Positions 1-11,523 of a DNA stretch of 64,000 nt are shown piece by piece. Made by a program: the position numbers and the translations under genes. Source of the stretch: Macrostomum lignano (taxonomy: Eukaryota); contig NIVC01000494.1 in NCBI GenBank assembly GCA_002269645.1, positions 506,128 to 570,127 on the forward strand, read 5' to 3'. Each line of letters opens with the position of its first letter. Position 1 is the first letter of the stretch. Under the pieces are notes generated by a model. That model had not been told where the DNA came from and ran no database searches. It was given only the letters and a program-made list of their open reading frames with translations.

Positions 1-306
1 GACAGACAACCCACAAAAAAGAAAATAAAAGTTTGATAGAAAATGAAAAACTGAAAAAAAATCTTCCATTGAATCACAAAAGTTTCAACTAGTCCAACAA
101 TGAATAAAATTTAACAAAGAAAAATTTCATGATAAAAATGGAAATCAAACTATATTTGTACAATAGATTATAATGATCAAATAAATATAGTTATACTTAA
201 GCAGGTGAAACCACGCAATATCTACACTTCTCCGGGTAAGTGATAAATATCCGAGTATATAGAAATGATTGCATATTAGTTATTGTATAGGAGCGTTACA
301 ATACCA

Positions 307-545
307 GGGGGTTGTAGCCTAGTGGTTAGAGCATCAGATTCAGGACTGAAATTTCTGTCCTTGAGCAAGACATTTAACTCAGCATTGCTCACCCAGCTGT
401 AAAATGGGTGCCAGCATTAACTGGGGTAATTGAGGGTGTGTGTGGCGACCCCCCAGTCCTTGGACTGAACAGCCGTACGCAGCCTTCAAATGCGCCGCGC
501 AATAGCTGCGGCTGAGCTGTCGGTTGCACATCTGGCCCTATTATA
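307..545 (+). mobile_element. tRNA-derived SINE (family A), internally deleted copy lacking the B box
   Basis: A-box-like head (tagcctagtggttag), central gtccttgagcaagac...cagctgtaaaatggg segment resembling the CORE-type SINE domain, and a 3' body nearly identical to the copies at 6132, 37157, 46473 and 61828. Confidence 0.85.
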
Positions 546-994
546 TATCATTTCTAAGAGCGTTTACGCATCCCTACTTACAGCTGCATCAATACACTGC
601 AATAAATATTGATGAATATTGATGATAGGACAGTCTCATACATTTAGCCAATCAAGAAAATAAGGAAGAAAGACATTTACGTACTGGTACTAGTAGTGTG
701 TTTGCATCATTTAAACAGCAAGTGCTAAATAATAACTGACTGTACACACGATACTAATAGCACTAATAAGTAGACAAAAAAGCAGCAAGCTCGAAGCAAA
801 ACTGCTACAAGCAGATGATCACCAAAGCCAAAAAAAGATTTGATTCTATAGAGAAAAAGTACAAATTAAATATTGAACAAATTTTTGAACTTCCAATAAA
901 TAAAATTTGCTTCATCTGCTTAAAAACTTTATTTAGTTTTATGGAATAATGACAGCTCGTTCTGGTCATTTTATGATCTAAAGAAGTTGACCAT

Positions 995-1620
995 AAAAAT
1001 CATAGAGTTAATAATGACTGGTAATACAAGTACAGGTCATAGACAATATTGAGTTAGTAATGACTGGTCATACAAGTCATAGACAATATTGAGTTAGTAA
1101 TGACTGGTCATACAAGTCATAGACAATATTGAGTTAGTAATGACTGGTCATACAGGTCATAGACAATCTTGAGTTAGTAATGACTGGTCATACAAGTCAT
1201 AGACAATATTGAGTTAGTAATGACTGGTCATACAAGTCATAGACAATATTGAGTTAGTAATGACTGGTCATACAGGTCATAGACAATCTTGAGTTAGTAA
1301 TGACTGGTCATACAAGTCATAGACAATATTGAGTTAGTAATGACTGGTCATACAAGTCATAGACAATATTGAGTTAGTAATGACTGGTCATACAGGTCAT
1401 AGACAATCTTGAGTTAGTAATGACTGGTCATACAGAGCAGACAATCTTGAGCTAGTAATGACTGGTCATACAGGTCATAGACAATCTTGAGCTAGTAATG
1501 ACTGGTCATACGGCTCATAGACAATCTTGAGTTAGTAATGACTGGTCATACAAGTCATAGACAATCTTGAGTTAGTAATGACTGGTCATACAGAGCAGAC
1601 AATCTTGAGTTAGTGCTTGT
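995..1620. repeat. 40-bp minisatellite (gagttagtaatgactggtcatacaagtcatagacaatatt), ~15 units
   Basis: Direct tandem periodicity of 40 nt; each unit contains the near-palindrome ATGAC-TG-GTCAT. Confidence 0.95.
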
Positions 1621-1762
1621 CATACTGGTCATAAAAATCTTGTTTACAATTGTAATCATTATTCTAGCCAAAACTTAGAGAAACTCTCGACACAGTATTA
1701 TAAGATACACACCGGTGCACAAATTATTGAATCAGATGAAAAGAAGCAACTCGGCTATCCTG

Positions 1763-4700
1763 TCAGAGACTATTCGTACTAGCGCTGCTCTGGAAGCCAA
1801 CATTAACAGACAGACTAGAAGCAGCTGTTGCCGCGGCTTCAGCCGGAGGCGCCGAGGCCAGCAAAGCTTCGTCAGAGTTGAGCGTAGGCAGGTACAGATC
1901 CTCCATGTTGGGCAGCACGAACACGCGATGAAATTCAGCTACGAGTTTCTTAGAGATCAGGTCGGAAATTTTCCTAGCCGTGAATTCTTTCTCGCCAATC
2001 TTCGGCCTGGAGGTGAGCACCAGCTGCGGCACGGGGTGGAAGGCTACCCACACTCTATCGGACGGCGGGAACGGCATGTTTAGCACCAGGGTGCCGCGCA
2101 GAGAGTGAACGTCTACTGACAGTAGTATCCTGGTGTTGCTAACCGAGTCGACGGCTTTGCGAAAGAATTTGTATTTGCCTGTAAATGCAGTGCGTTTATA
2201 GCTTGGAGCATATGCTGATGAAGACTGCTTGGATTAGCCCTACTTCTTAGAATTGGAAGGGCGATTCTCATAGCGACTGGAGAGAGGGCGATTCTCATAG
2301 TGATTTAAGAGAGGGCGATTCTCATAGCGATTGAAAAGAGGGCGATTCTCATAGCGATTGGAGAGAGGGCGATTCTCATAGCGATTGAAGAGAGGGCGAT
2401 TCTCATAGCGATTGGAGAGAGGGCAATTCTCATAGCGATTGGAAAGGGCGATTCTCATGGCGATTGGAAAGAGGGCGATTCTCATAGCGACTGGAGAGAG
2501 GGCGATTCTCATAGCGATTGGAGAGAGGGCAATTCTCATAGCGACTGGAGAGAGGGCGATTCTCATAGCGATTGGAGGGAGGGCGATTCTCATAGCGACT
2601 GGAGAGAGGGCGATTCTCATAGCGATTGGAGGGAGGGCGATTCTCATAGCGATTGAAGAGGGCGTTTCTCATAGCGATTGGAGAGAGGGCGATTCTCATA
2701 GCGACTGGAGAGAGGGCGACTCTCGTAGCGATTGGAGAGAGGGCGATTCTCATAGAGATTGAAAAGAGGGCGATTCTCATAGCGATTGGAAAGAGGGCAA
2801 TTCTCATAGAGATTGAAAAGAGGGCGATTCTCATAGCGATTGGAAAGAGGGCGATTCTCATAGCGATTCTTAGAGAAGCTCTAAATATCGATTTTCAAAG
2901 CAATCACACTGCATATTTGAAGCAGGCCTTCAAATCTCACCCATCAGATGGTGGAACTTCTCAGACTGGGCCACCTTATCAATAAACTTGATCACTTTGC
3001 GCGAATGCTTTCCGCCGACATTGCCAAGCGCTGGATCGTCTGTGTCGGAATCTGCGTCGCTCTGGCCACCGGACTCGTCAGTGGTGGACTCGCCAGAGTC
3101 TTCCATCTCGGAGTTGGTGGCAGCCAGGCGTTGCGGAATCGAGTCGGTGAACGGGCAGGGACCGGCGCCGGGCGAGGAGGCCGCAGTTGATGGCGGCGGC
3201 GAAGGCGCTAAGGCGATGGAATCGGCCGAGGCTGAGGAGACGACCCTGCATTAAAATATCATAATTATTACCAACCCAAGTTTGCTTTTACAAGCTCGCT
3301 TTCAGAAGAATGAAACTTTACGAACTTCACAATCTTCAATCTTCCTGAACTCTAATCTTCACAAACTGCAATCTTCACAAACTCTAATCTTCACAAACTC
3401 TAATCTTCACAAACTCCAATCTTCACAAACTGAAATCTTCACAAACTGCAATCTTCACAAACTCTAATCTTCACAAACTCCAATCTTCACAAACCCCAAT
3501 CTTCACAAACGCCAATCTTCACAAACGCCAATCTTCACAAACTCCAATCTTCAATCTTCACAAACTCCAATATTCACAAACTCCAATCTTCACAAACTCC
3601 AATCTTCACAAACTCCAATCTTCACAAACTCCAATCTTCACAAACTCCAATTTTCACAAACTCCAATCTTCACAAAATCCAATCTTCACAAAATCCAATC
3701 TTCAATCTTCACAAACTCCAATCTTCACAAACTCCAATCTTCACAAACTCCAAACTTCACAAACTCCAATCTTCACAAACTCCAATATTCACAAACTCTA
3801 ATCTTCACAAAATCCAATCTTCAATCTTCACAAACTCCAATCTTCACAAACTCCAATCTTCACAAACTCCAATCTTCACAAACTCCAATCTTCACAAAAT
3901 CCAATCTTCACAAAATCCAATCTTCAATCTTCACAAACTCCAATCTTCACAAACTCCAATCTTCACAAACTCCAATCTTCACAAACTCCAATCTTCACAA
4001 ACTCCAATCTTCACAAAATCCAATCTTCACAAAATCCAATCTTCAATCTTCACAAACTCCAATATTCACAAACTCCAATCTTCACAAACTCTAAGCTTCA
4101 CAAACTCCAATATTCACAAACTCCAATCTTCACAAACTCCAATCTTCACAAACTCCAATCTTCACAAAATCCCATTTTCAATCTTCACAAACTCCAATAT
4201 TCACAAACTCCAATCTTCACAAACTCCAATATTCACAAACTCCAATCTTCACAAACTCCAATCTTCACAAACTCCAATCTTCACAAACTCCAATCTTCAC
4301 AAACTCCAATATTCACAAACTCCAATCTTCACAAACTCCAATCTTCACAAACTCCAATCTTCACAAACTCCAATATTCACAAACTCCAATCTTCACAAAC
4401 TCCAATCTTCACAAACTCCAATCTTCACAAACTCCAATCTTCACAAACTCCAATCTTCACAAACTCCAATCTTCACAAACTCCAATCTTCACAAAATCCA
4501 ATCTTCAATCTTCACAAACTCCAATCTTCACAAACTCTAAGCTTCACAAACTCCAATATTCACAAACTCCAATCTTCACAAACTCCAATCTTCACAAACT
4601 CTAATCTTCACAAACTCCAATCTTCACAAACTCCAATCTTCACAAACTCCAATCTTCACAAACTCCAATCTTCACAAACTCCAATCTTCACAAACTCCAA

Positions 4701-7700
4701 TCTTCACAAAATCCAATCTTCACAAAATCCAATCTTCAATCTTCACAAACTCCAATCTTCACAAACTCCAATCTTCACAAACTCCAATCTTCACAAACTC
4801 CAATCTTCACAAACTCCAATCTTCACAAAATCCAATCTTCACAAAATCCAATCTTCAATCTTCACAAACTCCAATATTCACAAACTCCAATCTTCACAAA
4901 CTCTAAGCTTCACAAACTCCAATATTCACAAACTCCAATCTTCACAAACTCCAATCTTCACAAACTCCAATCTTCACAAAATCCCATTTTCAATCTTCAC
5001 AAACTCCAATATTCACAAACTCCAATCTTCACAAACTCCAATATTCACAAACTCCAATATTCACAAACTCCAATATTCACAAACTCCAATCTTCACAAAC
5101 TCCAATCTTCACAAACTCCAATCTTCACAAACTCCAATCTTCACAAACTCCAATATTCACAAACTCCAATCTTCACAAACTCCAATCTTCACAAACTCCA
5201 ATCTTCACAAACTCCAATATTCACAAACTCCAATCTTCACAAACTCCAATCTTCACAAACTCCAATCTTCACAAACTCCAATCTTCACAAACTCCAATCT
5301 TCACAAACTCCAATCTTCACAAACTCCAATCTTCACAAACTCCAATATTCACAAACTCCAATATTCACAAACTCCAATATTCACAAACTCCAATCTTCAC
5401 AAACTCTAAGCTTCACAAATCCCAAACTGCAAACTTCACAAAGTGCAAACGCCAGACTCAAAGCTGCGACTCACCTGGCCCCAGCAGCGGACTCCTCGTG
5501 CCCGCCTGTCTGGGCCCCACCCCGCCCCTGCAGGCGATGCAGATTGATCCGAGTAACCAGACTGGCCGAGCAGCCTCCAGGATAGTCAATGTCCAGATGG
5601 AACCAGATGCCCCTGTCATTAATATGCGGCTTATGCAGTTTCCTCAGCACTGGCAGAGCGCTGCCCACGTGCACAGCGTCAACGCTAAGCTCTTCAATAA
5701 AGTAGGGCAGGCGAATCTTTTTCAGACGGGCGTCCATCTTGGCCTTGATGAGGTCGGCCCAGTAGGGGGTGCGGAACACGTCCCAGGTGGCCCGCTGTAG
5801 CAGGGCGTTGAGAAAGTTCAGCTCGGGCTTGTCCGCGCTGCCCAGCTGCACCTCGGAGATGTCGGCAAATCGAGTGAAGGCAGCGGCGTACTCTGAGTAG
5901 CGCTTGGCCTGCAGGGGGGGGGGACAAGCGAGGACTTTGTTCACTAATCTACTTGTAGTAGAAATATATGGAAATTAATCTAATAATTTAATCGGGGAAT
6001 GAAAAGAAACCAGAGAAACAAGAGAAGGTTGTAGCTCAGTGGTAGCAGCGTCGAATTCACAAGTAAAAGTTCGGGGTTCGATTCTCGAGCCTACTCGGAA
6101 AATTTGTATTTGAACATTTGAAACTTAATATTAATAATAATAATAATTGATAACACCTTTCCTAATTGGCAGATGTGCAACCGACAGCTCAGTTGCAGCT
6201 ATTGCGCGGCGCATCTGAAGGCTGCGTACGGCTGTTCAGTCCAAGGACTGGGGGGTCGCCACGCACACCCTCAATTACCCCAGCTAATGCTGGCACCCAT
6301 TTTACAGCTGGGTGAACTGCAGCAATGCAGAGTTAAGTATCTTGCTCAAGGACACAAATTTTTGGATCGGGAATCGAACCCCCGACCTTCGAGTCGTGAG
6401 TCCGACGCTCTAAACCATTGGGCTAGAACCCCTAAAGATACTTAAGATACTGAACTCTCTGCATTGCTTCAGTTCACCCAGCTGTAAAATGGGTGCCAGC
6501 ATTAGCTGGGGTAATTGAGGGTGTGTGGCGACCCCCATAGTCAGTGGCAGCGGCCCAGGCTCGATTCCAAGTGCAGTCACATTAATTTTTTGGTCTAAAT
6601 TAGAATCTCGGCTTGGCTCTGCTTGTGCAATTAACAGCTTTGAGGGCCAACCCCCAAGGCACAGTGAAGTGTACATGCCTAACGATAAATAAAGTTAGGG
6701 GCCGCTGTACACTCCTGTGTGAGTGTGTGCCTGTACTTGTGTAAAGATGTTTAAAGTGCGCCAGGGTGTAATAAAAGTACTTTCCCGCAATGTCTATCCT
6801 TGAATAATCAGGATTAAAGCATCTCAGCCTTACCTGATCGCCAAAGCTAGACAAAGTAGATCTTCCAGTTGCGCCGCCAGCACTGGGATCTGTCACAGCA
6901 GATTTGTACAGACTCTCCGCCTGCGGCAGGCCATTACAGGCAGCGTACAGGCGCCTGTACCAGAGCTCTTTCTCGCGAGAAGTTCTAGCAAACAAGTACA
7001 GATCGCGTTGTACACAATCGGATGCTTGAACTTGTTCAAATTTCGTATCTGATTTACCAGTAGATACAAAAGTCTTTGCGGGAGAGTTACTAGCCAATAC
7101 TACATGAATAGGATATTTTTTAGACCACAGCCGTTTCCTAACCAGGCCTACCGGCTGCAGCCGCAGTTTAGCATTGGCCAAATCAAATTCTCTTGTATCT
7201 GAGAAGCTCAGCATATCCGGATTGATTAACTCGTCCGAGTAAAGAACTCGTTTAGGCACCGACTGTTGCGGACGTTTCAAGGTCAACTGCCGACCATCCA
7301 AGCTAGCATAGACAGTGAAGGTGTGGTTCAAATGATGCCGCTCAACATCGTAACTCCAGCACTCGTTGAGAAATCCGTCTAAGCTTCGATTAGTCTGTTG
7401 CTGCTTCCGTGAGCATCTGGCAGCAGCTGCCGCAGGCGATGTTGCCGCAATAGCCGCAGTTAGAACGCTAGCCCGAGGATTACGGCAATACTTCACTCCG
7501 GTGTAGTGCACCACAACAGGCCTATTGGCTAGAAACTCAAGGTAGAAGTACACTAGTAGACAGCAGGTGAGAGAGCAGCCAATCACCAGGCCTTTAGCCA
7601 GATCGGGCAGTGGCAGAGGTGTGGCCAGCACAATAGACAGCGCCGCTGCTAGCAGAGTGAATAGCAGAGGCAATTTCTGAGCCAGCGGATTCGGTGGCGG

Positions 7701-9034
7701 AGCATCTGTGCGAATAACTCGAACATCCGGCTGGCTGGACTCATCTGGGCTGAATGGCCACGGCTCTGGAGCTGCTGCTGGCAGCTGGGCGCCTGAAGAT
7801 GCAGCTACGGGGGTTCGCTCCTGTGATGGTGGGTTAGGCGGGAAAATTTTAGACTGTAGGCGTGGATTTAAATATAGGCTTATGGGGTAGAGGATATCCA
7901 TGTAAAGTTAAGAACAGGTTTCCGCTATCTCTATCTATTATATAACCTCTATCTTAGAATAGAGGTTCAGGCATAGCTTCAAGGTTGGGTTCAGGCATAG
8001 CTTCAAGGTTGGGTTCAGGCATAGCTTCAGGGTTGGGTTCAGGCATAGCTTCAGGGTTGGGTTCAGGCATAGCTTCAGGGTTGGGTTCAGGCATAGCTTC
8101 AGGGTTGGGTTCAGGCATAGCTTCAGGGTTGGGTTCAGGCATAGCTTCAGGGTTGGGTTCAGGCATAGGTTCAGTGTTGGGTTCAGGAATAGGTTCAGGG
8201 TTGGGTTCAGGAATAGGTTCAGGGTTGGGTTCAGGCATAGGTTCAGGGTTGGGTTCAGGCATAGGTTCAGGGTTGGGTTCAGGCATAGGTTCAGGGTTGG
8301 GTTCAGGCATAGGCTCAGTGTTGGGTTCAGGCATAGGTTCAGGGTTGGGTTCAGGCATAGGTTCAGGGTTGGGTTCAGGCATAGGCTCAGTGTTGGGTTC
8401 AGGCATAGGTCAGGGTTTGGTTAAGTTCAGGCTTAGCTTACGAATGGACAGTTTCAGATATAGATTTTTCGAATTATAGTTCATGGTTGGGGTTTAAGAT
8501 TCAGAGCTCTGTATACACGGGTTCTCGGGTTCAGAAAATATCCCAAAGTCCTGGCAGCAGCAATCTAACCTCATGGTCATCCTCTTCAAGCTCGTCATTC
8601 TCTTCAACATCGGCATCGAGATTGTCACTGCCGATGAGGGGTTTGCTAGAATCGGTGGCAATTTTAGATGGCGCAGAAGAAGACAGCGACAGCGGAGGAG
8701 GTGGGGGCGGTGGAGGCTGAGACGGCGGCGGCGGTGGCGGCGAAGAAGATGGCGGAGGCTGGGCAGCAGTGGCAACAGCCGATTGACGAGCGAAGGCGCT
8801 TGGCGGCCGCGGCTTCGTCTGCGGTTTCGGCACCGCGTTGAGCAAGTCTTCAAACGAGCCGCCGCCGCCAACGCCTGTCTTTCCAGAAGTTGCGGCTGGC
8901 TGCTGATGCCTCGGCGGCGAAGATGACGGCGAAAAGTCCATGTCATCGTCATCGCCGGTGTCGCGCAGTGCAGAGAATTTAAATGTCTGGCTGCTCAAAC
9001 CGCCGCCAGAAGCTGCTTTACGCCGACTGTCCAT
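1763..9034 (-). CDS. TEX2: Testis-expressed protein 2 orthologue (ER-anchored PH + SMP lipid-transfer protein), ~868 aa, 5 exons
   Basis: Exons 9034-8570, 7820-6834, 5908-5475, 3245-2941, 2178-1763; all GT-AG, phases 0,0,2,1; total 2607 nt with no internal stop. Two TM segments ([17 protein letters not shown]; [17 protein letters not shown]), a PH-like region ([12 protein letters not shown]...[18 protein letters not shown]) and an SMP domain ([12 protein letters not shown]...[14 protein letters not shown]...[16 protein letters not shown]...PKIGEKE...[12 protein letters not shown]) match motifs I recall from vertebrate TEX2. Confidence 0.93.
2255..2870. repeat. 27-bp minisatellite (gagagggcgattctcatagcgattgga) filling TEX2 intron 4
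   Basis: 27-nt periodicity; source of the spurious MRIALSPIA and ERAILIAIG ORFs. Confidence 0.95.
3320..5440. repeat. 16-bp minisatellite (tccaatcttcacaaac), ~2.1 kb, filling TEX2 intron 3
   Basis: 16-nt periodicity with recurrent variants (aaatcc, aatattc, ctaagc); essentially no G on the + strand. Confidence 0.97.
6027..6537 (+). mobile_element. SINE family A copy split into head (6027-6106) and 3' part (6452-6537) by an antisense copy
   Basis: tRNA-like head with A box (tagctcagtgg) and B box (ggttcgattc), then an interruption; the consensus resumes at aactctctgcattgcttcagttcacccagctg. Confidence 0.75.
6132..6432 (-). mobile_element. SINE family A, full-length (~300 bp) in TEX2 intron 2
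   Basis: Reverse complement has A box, B box (ggttcgattcc), central domain, conserved 3' body and an (att)n tail. Confidence 0.9.
6545..6775 (+). mobile_element. tRNA-derived SINE family B, 5'-truncated
   Basis: Colinear with the reverse complement of 62950-63211 (ggctcgattcc...gcagtcacattaatttt...ctaacgataaataaagtt...ctgtacactcctgtgtgagtgtgtgcctgt...ttaaagtgcgcca). Confidence 0.8.
7975..8410. repeat. 24-bp minisatellite (gggttgggttcaggcatagcttca) in TEX2 intron 1
   Basis: 24-nt periodicity; source of the spurious MPEPNPEA and GLGSGIAS ORFs. Confidence 0.95.
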
Positions 9035-9739
9035 TTCCGACTAGCCCTATACAAAAATATCCTTACTTAGCTATTTACGCTACTAACAGTAGAGTAGAAT
9101 AGAAAGCGCGTCTTGTGTCTGCCGGGAAAAATTACGAAAAAAAACAATAAATTACAATTCCGGCGGCTGAAATTGAAACGTTTGATCAAGTAGATAGAAT
9201 TGCCGCCAGACACAAAACATACAATCCAGATCTTCTAAGCCTAAAAATCCATGGTTCTTAGTTTTTATACTACTAACTAAGGCACTTTCCAATCCAGATA
9301 CTAATCCCTGGTGCAACGCAACGCCTTTGGCGACATCATTCCACAGCACCAGCACATACAAGCGCGCCAATACTCCATGGACCTTTTAGTTGCATTTATT
9401 CCTATCGAATAATTCATTGATCAAGAAGTCAAAACACAGTGTCTGATGGCAATAAAAGTGCATAAATCGTTTATTGATCAATTTAAAGTCTAATAAATAA
9501 ACTTGGATAACCCATATTTCTATTTAACTATTACTATGACGATGCCTCGTAACCATAGAAACCGGGGCTCTCACCTGTTCTCACAAGGACAGTTTGTGAA
9601 TTTATGATACACATTAGAATTCTAGTTGCTTGAGTGTGTGCCAACTACAACTAAAAGAAAAAGTCGTGGCTATCATTAATCCATCATGTATTAACGAAGG
9701 CTATTTGTCTCTCTATGCTCATTCTGATGCAGTTCAATT

Positions 9740-10047
9740 TTAAGGCTCCTTGCCGTCGAAAAACTTCCCCAGAAAATCTGTCGGTTTGGGCGAAACAGTC
9801 TGCTTGAAGTAGTCCATCACGTGAGTCTTCTGCTTCCACATGTGAGCGGTTTCCACCAGTTCCATCTGGCCCTGCAGTTGCGGAAATTGATTGACAGATG
9901 GCTGGTTAGGCTACAGGAGACAGACGGCCAAATACAGCAATGCTGTGCACAGGCGGACAAACAGAAAACTGACAAACAGACAGACAGATAAAGTCAGTCA
10001 CAGAGAGACAGATCTTTACATGCGGACTGAAAACATGGCATATTTAT

Positions 10048-10086
<39 letters not shown>

Positions 10087-10194
10087 GGCAGGCAGACACT
10101 AAGACAGCTAGACAGACACACTAAGACAGATAGAAGACAGACACTAAGACAAACAGACAGACAGTCACTAGGACAGACAGACAGACCGACACTA

Positions 10195-10235
<41 letters not shown>

Positions 10236-10459
10236 GGCAGGCAGGCAGGCAGACAGACAGACAGACAGACAGACAGGCAGGCAGGCAGACAGACAGACAG
10301 GCAGGCAGACAGACAGACAGACAGACAGACAGACAGGCAGACAGACAGACAGACAGGCAGACACTAAGACAGCTAGACAGACACACTAAGACAGATAGAA
10401 GACAGACACTAAGACAAACAGACAGACAGTCACTAGGACAGACAGACAGACCGACACTA

Positions 10460-10492
<33 letters not shown>

Positions 10493-10620
10493 GGCAGACA
10501 GACAGACAGACAGGCAGGCAGACACTAAGACAGCTAGACAGACACACTAAGACAGATAGAAGACAGACACTAAGACAAACAGACAGACAGTCACTAGGAC
10601 AGACAGACAGACCGACACTA

Positions 10621-10673
<53 letters not shown>

Positions 10674-10894
10674 GGCAGGCAGGCAGACAGACAGGCAGAC
10701 AGACAGGCAGGCAGACAGACAGACAGACAGGCAGACAGACAGACAGACAGACAGACAGGCAGGCAGACAGACAGACAGACAGACAGGCAGACAGACAGGC
10801 AGGCAGACACTAAGACAGCTAGACAGACACACTAAGACAGACACTAAGACAAACAGACAGACAGTCACTAGGACAGACAGACAGACCGACACTA

Positions 10895-10927
<33 letters not shown>

Positions 10928-11278
10928 GGCAGGCAGGCAGGCAGGCAGACAGACAGGCAGGCAGACAGACAGACAGGCAGACAGACAGACAGACAGGCAG
11001 ACAGACACTAAGACGGACGAGCTCACCTTAGCAACCAGTAGATCAATAACTCGGATATCGTTGACCTGGCGATACTTCTCGAAGTTCTCCCGCAGCTTCC
11101 TCCTGCACATTGGCAATGTCAATGGCACATCGTACTCCCTGATGATGTAGGGCAGCTGGCGGAACCAGGCTCTGTAGAGGTTCAACACTCGACGACGGGC
11201 GTCCTCACTGGTAGCTGAGAAGACCGGCTTTGCCTCCTTGACAGCCTGCCGGATAAGGGTGCCGCCTGTGCTAGACAT
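9740..11278 (-). CDS. NDUFA6: NADH:ubiquinone oxidoreductase subunit A6 (LYR-motif protein), 127 aa, 2 exons
   Basis: Exon 1 11278-11027 (…[17 protein letters not shown]…[24 protein letters not shown], donor GTGAGC), exon 2 9871-9740 ([43 protein letters not shown], acceptor CTGCAG), phase 0. LYR motif and C-terminal WKQxTHVMxxF...PxPxDFLxKF pattern are characteristic of NDUFA6. Confidence 0.96.
10025..11010. repeat. (GACA)n/(GGCA)n microsatellite with a ~4x higher-order block (cactaagacagctagac...gtcactaggac...ccgacactaagag) in the NDUFA6 intron
   Basis: Tetranucleotide periodicity; the variant block recurs near 10096, 10363, 10523 and 10807. Confidence 0.95.
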
Positions 11279-11523
11279 TAGGCATGGGGGCAGTTCGGGT
11301 AGCTGTGTTGCAAGGGCACGCAGTTAACCTTATTGACCTACCTATTTATTATTTCAATTATTTCAAATGTAGATAACATATATACTTAGTGAAGTTTAAA
11401 TATTAAATATTTCACTGTAAAGTGGGTTAAAAATAGCACTATTTGGTTTGCTTTTATAACAAAAAATACCCATTTAAAAGTTTAACAGTTTAGATCAATC
11501 TAATCTAATCTAATTTATATAAG

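Noticed and set aside
440-535. HDV-like or hammerhead ribozyme in the SINE A 3' body
   Set aside because: Self-complementary segments exist, but I could not fit the HDV nested pseudoknot or the hammerhead CUGAUGA/GAAA core. Left as a structure question only.
2240-2985. ORFs MRIALSPIA / ERAILIAIG
   Set aside because: Translations of a 27-bp repeat inside TEX2 intron 4, bounded by phase-consistent splice sites.
6027-6100. tRNA genes at SINE heads (also 6370-6432, 37380-37459, 46700-46762, 62040-62119, 63140-63211)
   Set aside because: A/B boxes are present but acceptor and anticodon stems do not pair consistently, and each continues into a shared SINE body.
7954-8479. ORFs (MPEPNPEA)n and (GLGSGIAS)n as low-complexity proteins
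   Set aside because: 24-bp intronic repeat, open only because the unit is a multiple of 3 and lacks stops.
10044-10892. SVCL/TDRQ ORFs (also 52396-53149)
   Set aside because: (GACA)n microsatellite translations.
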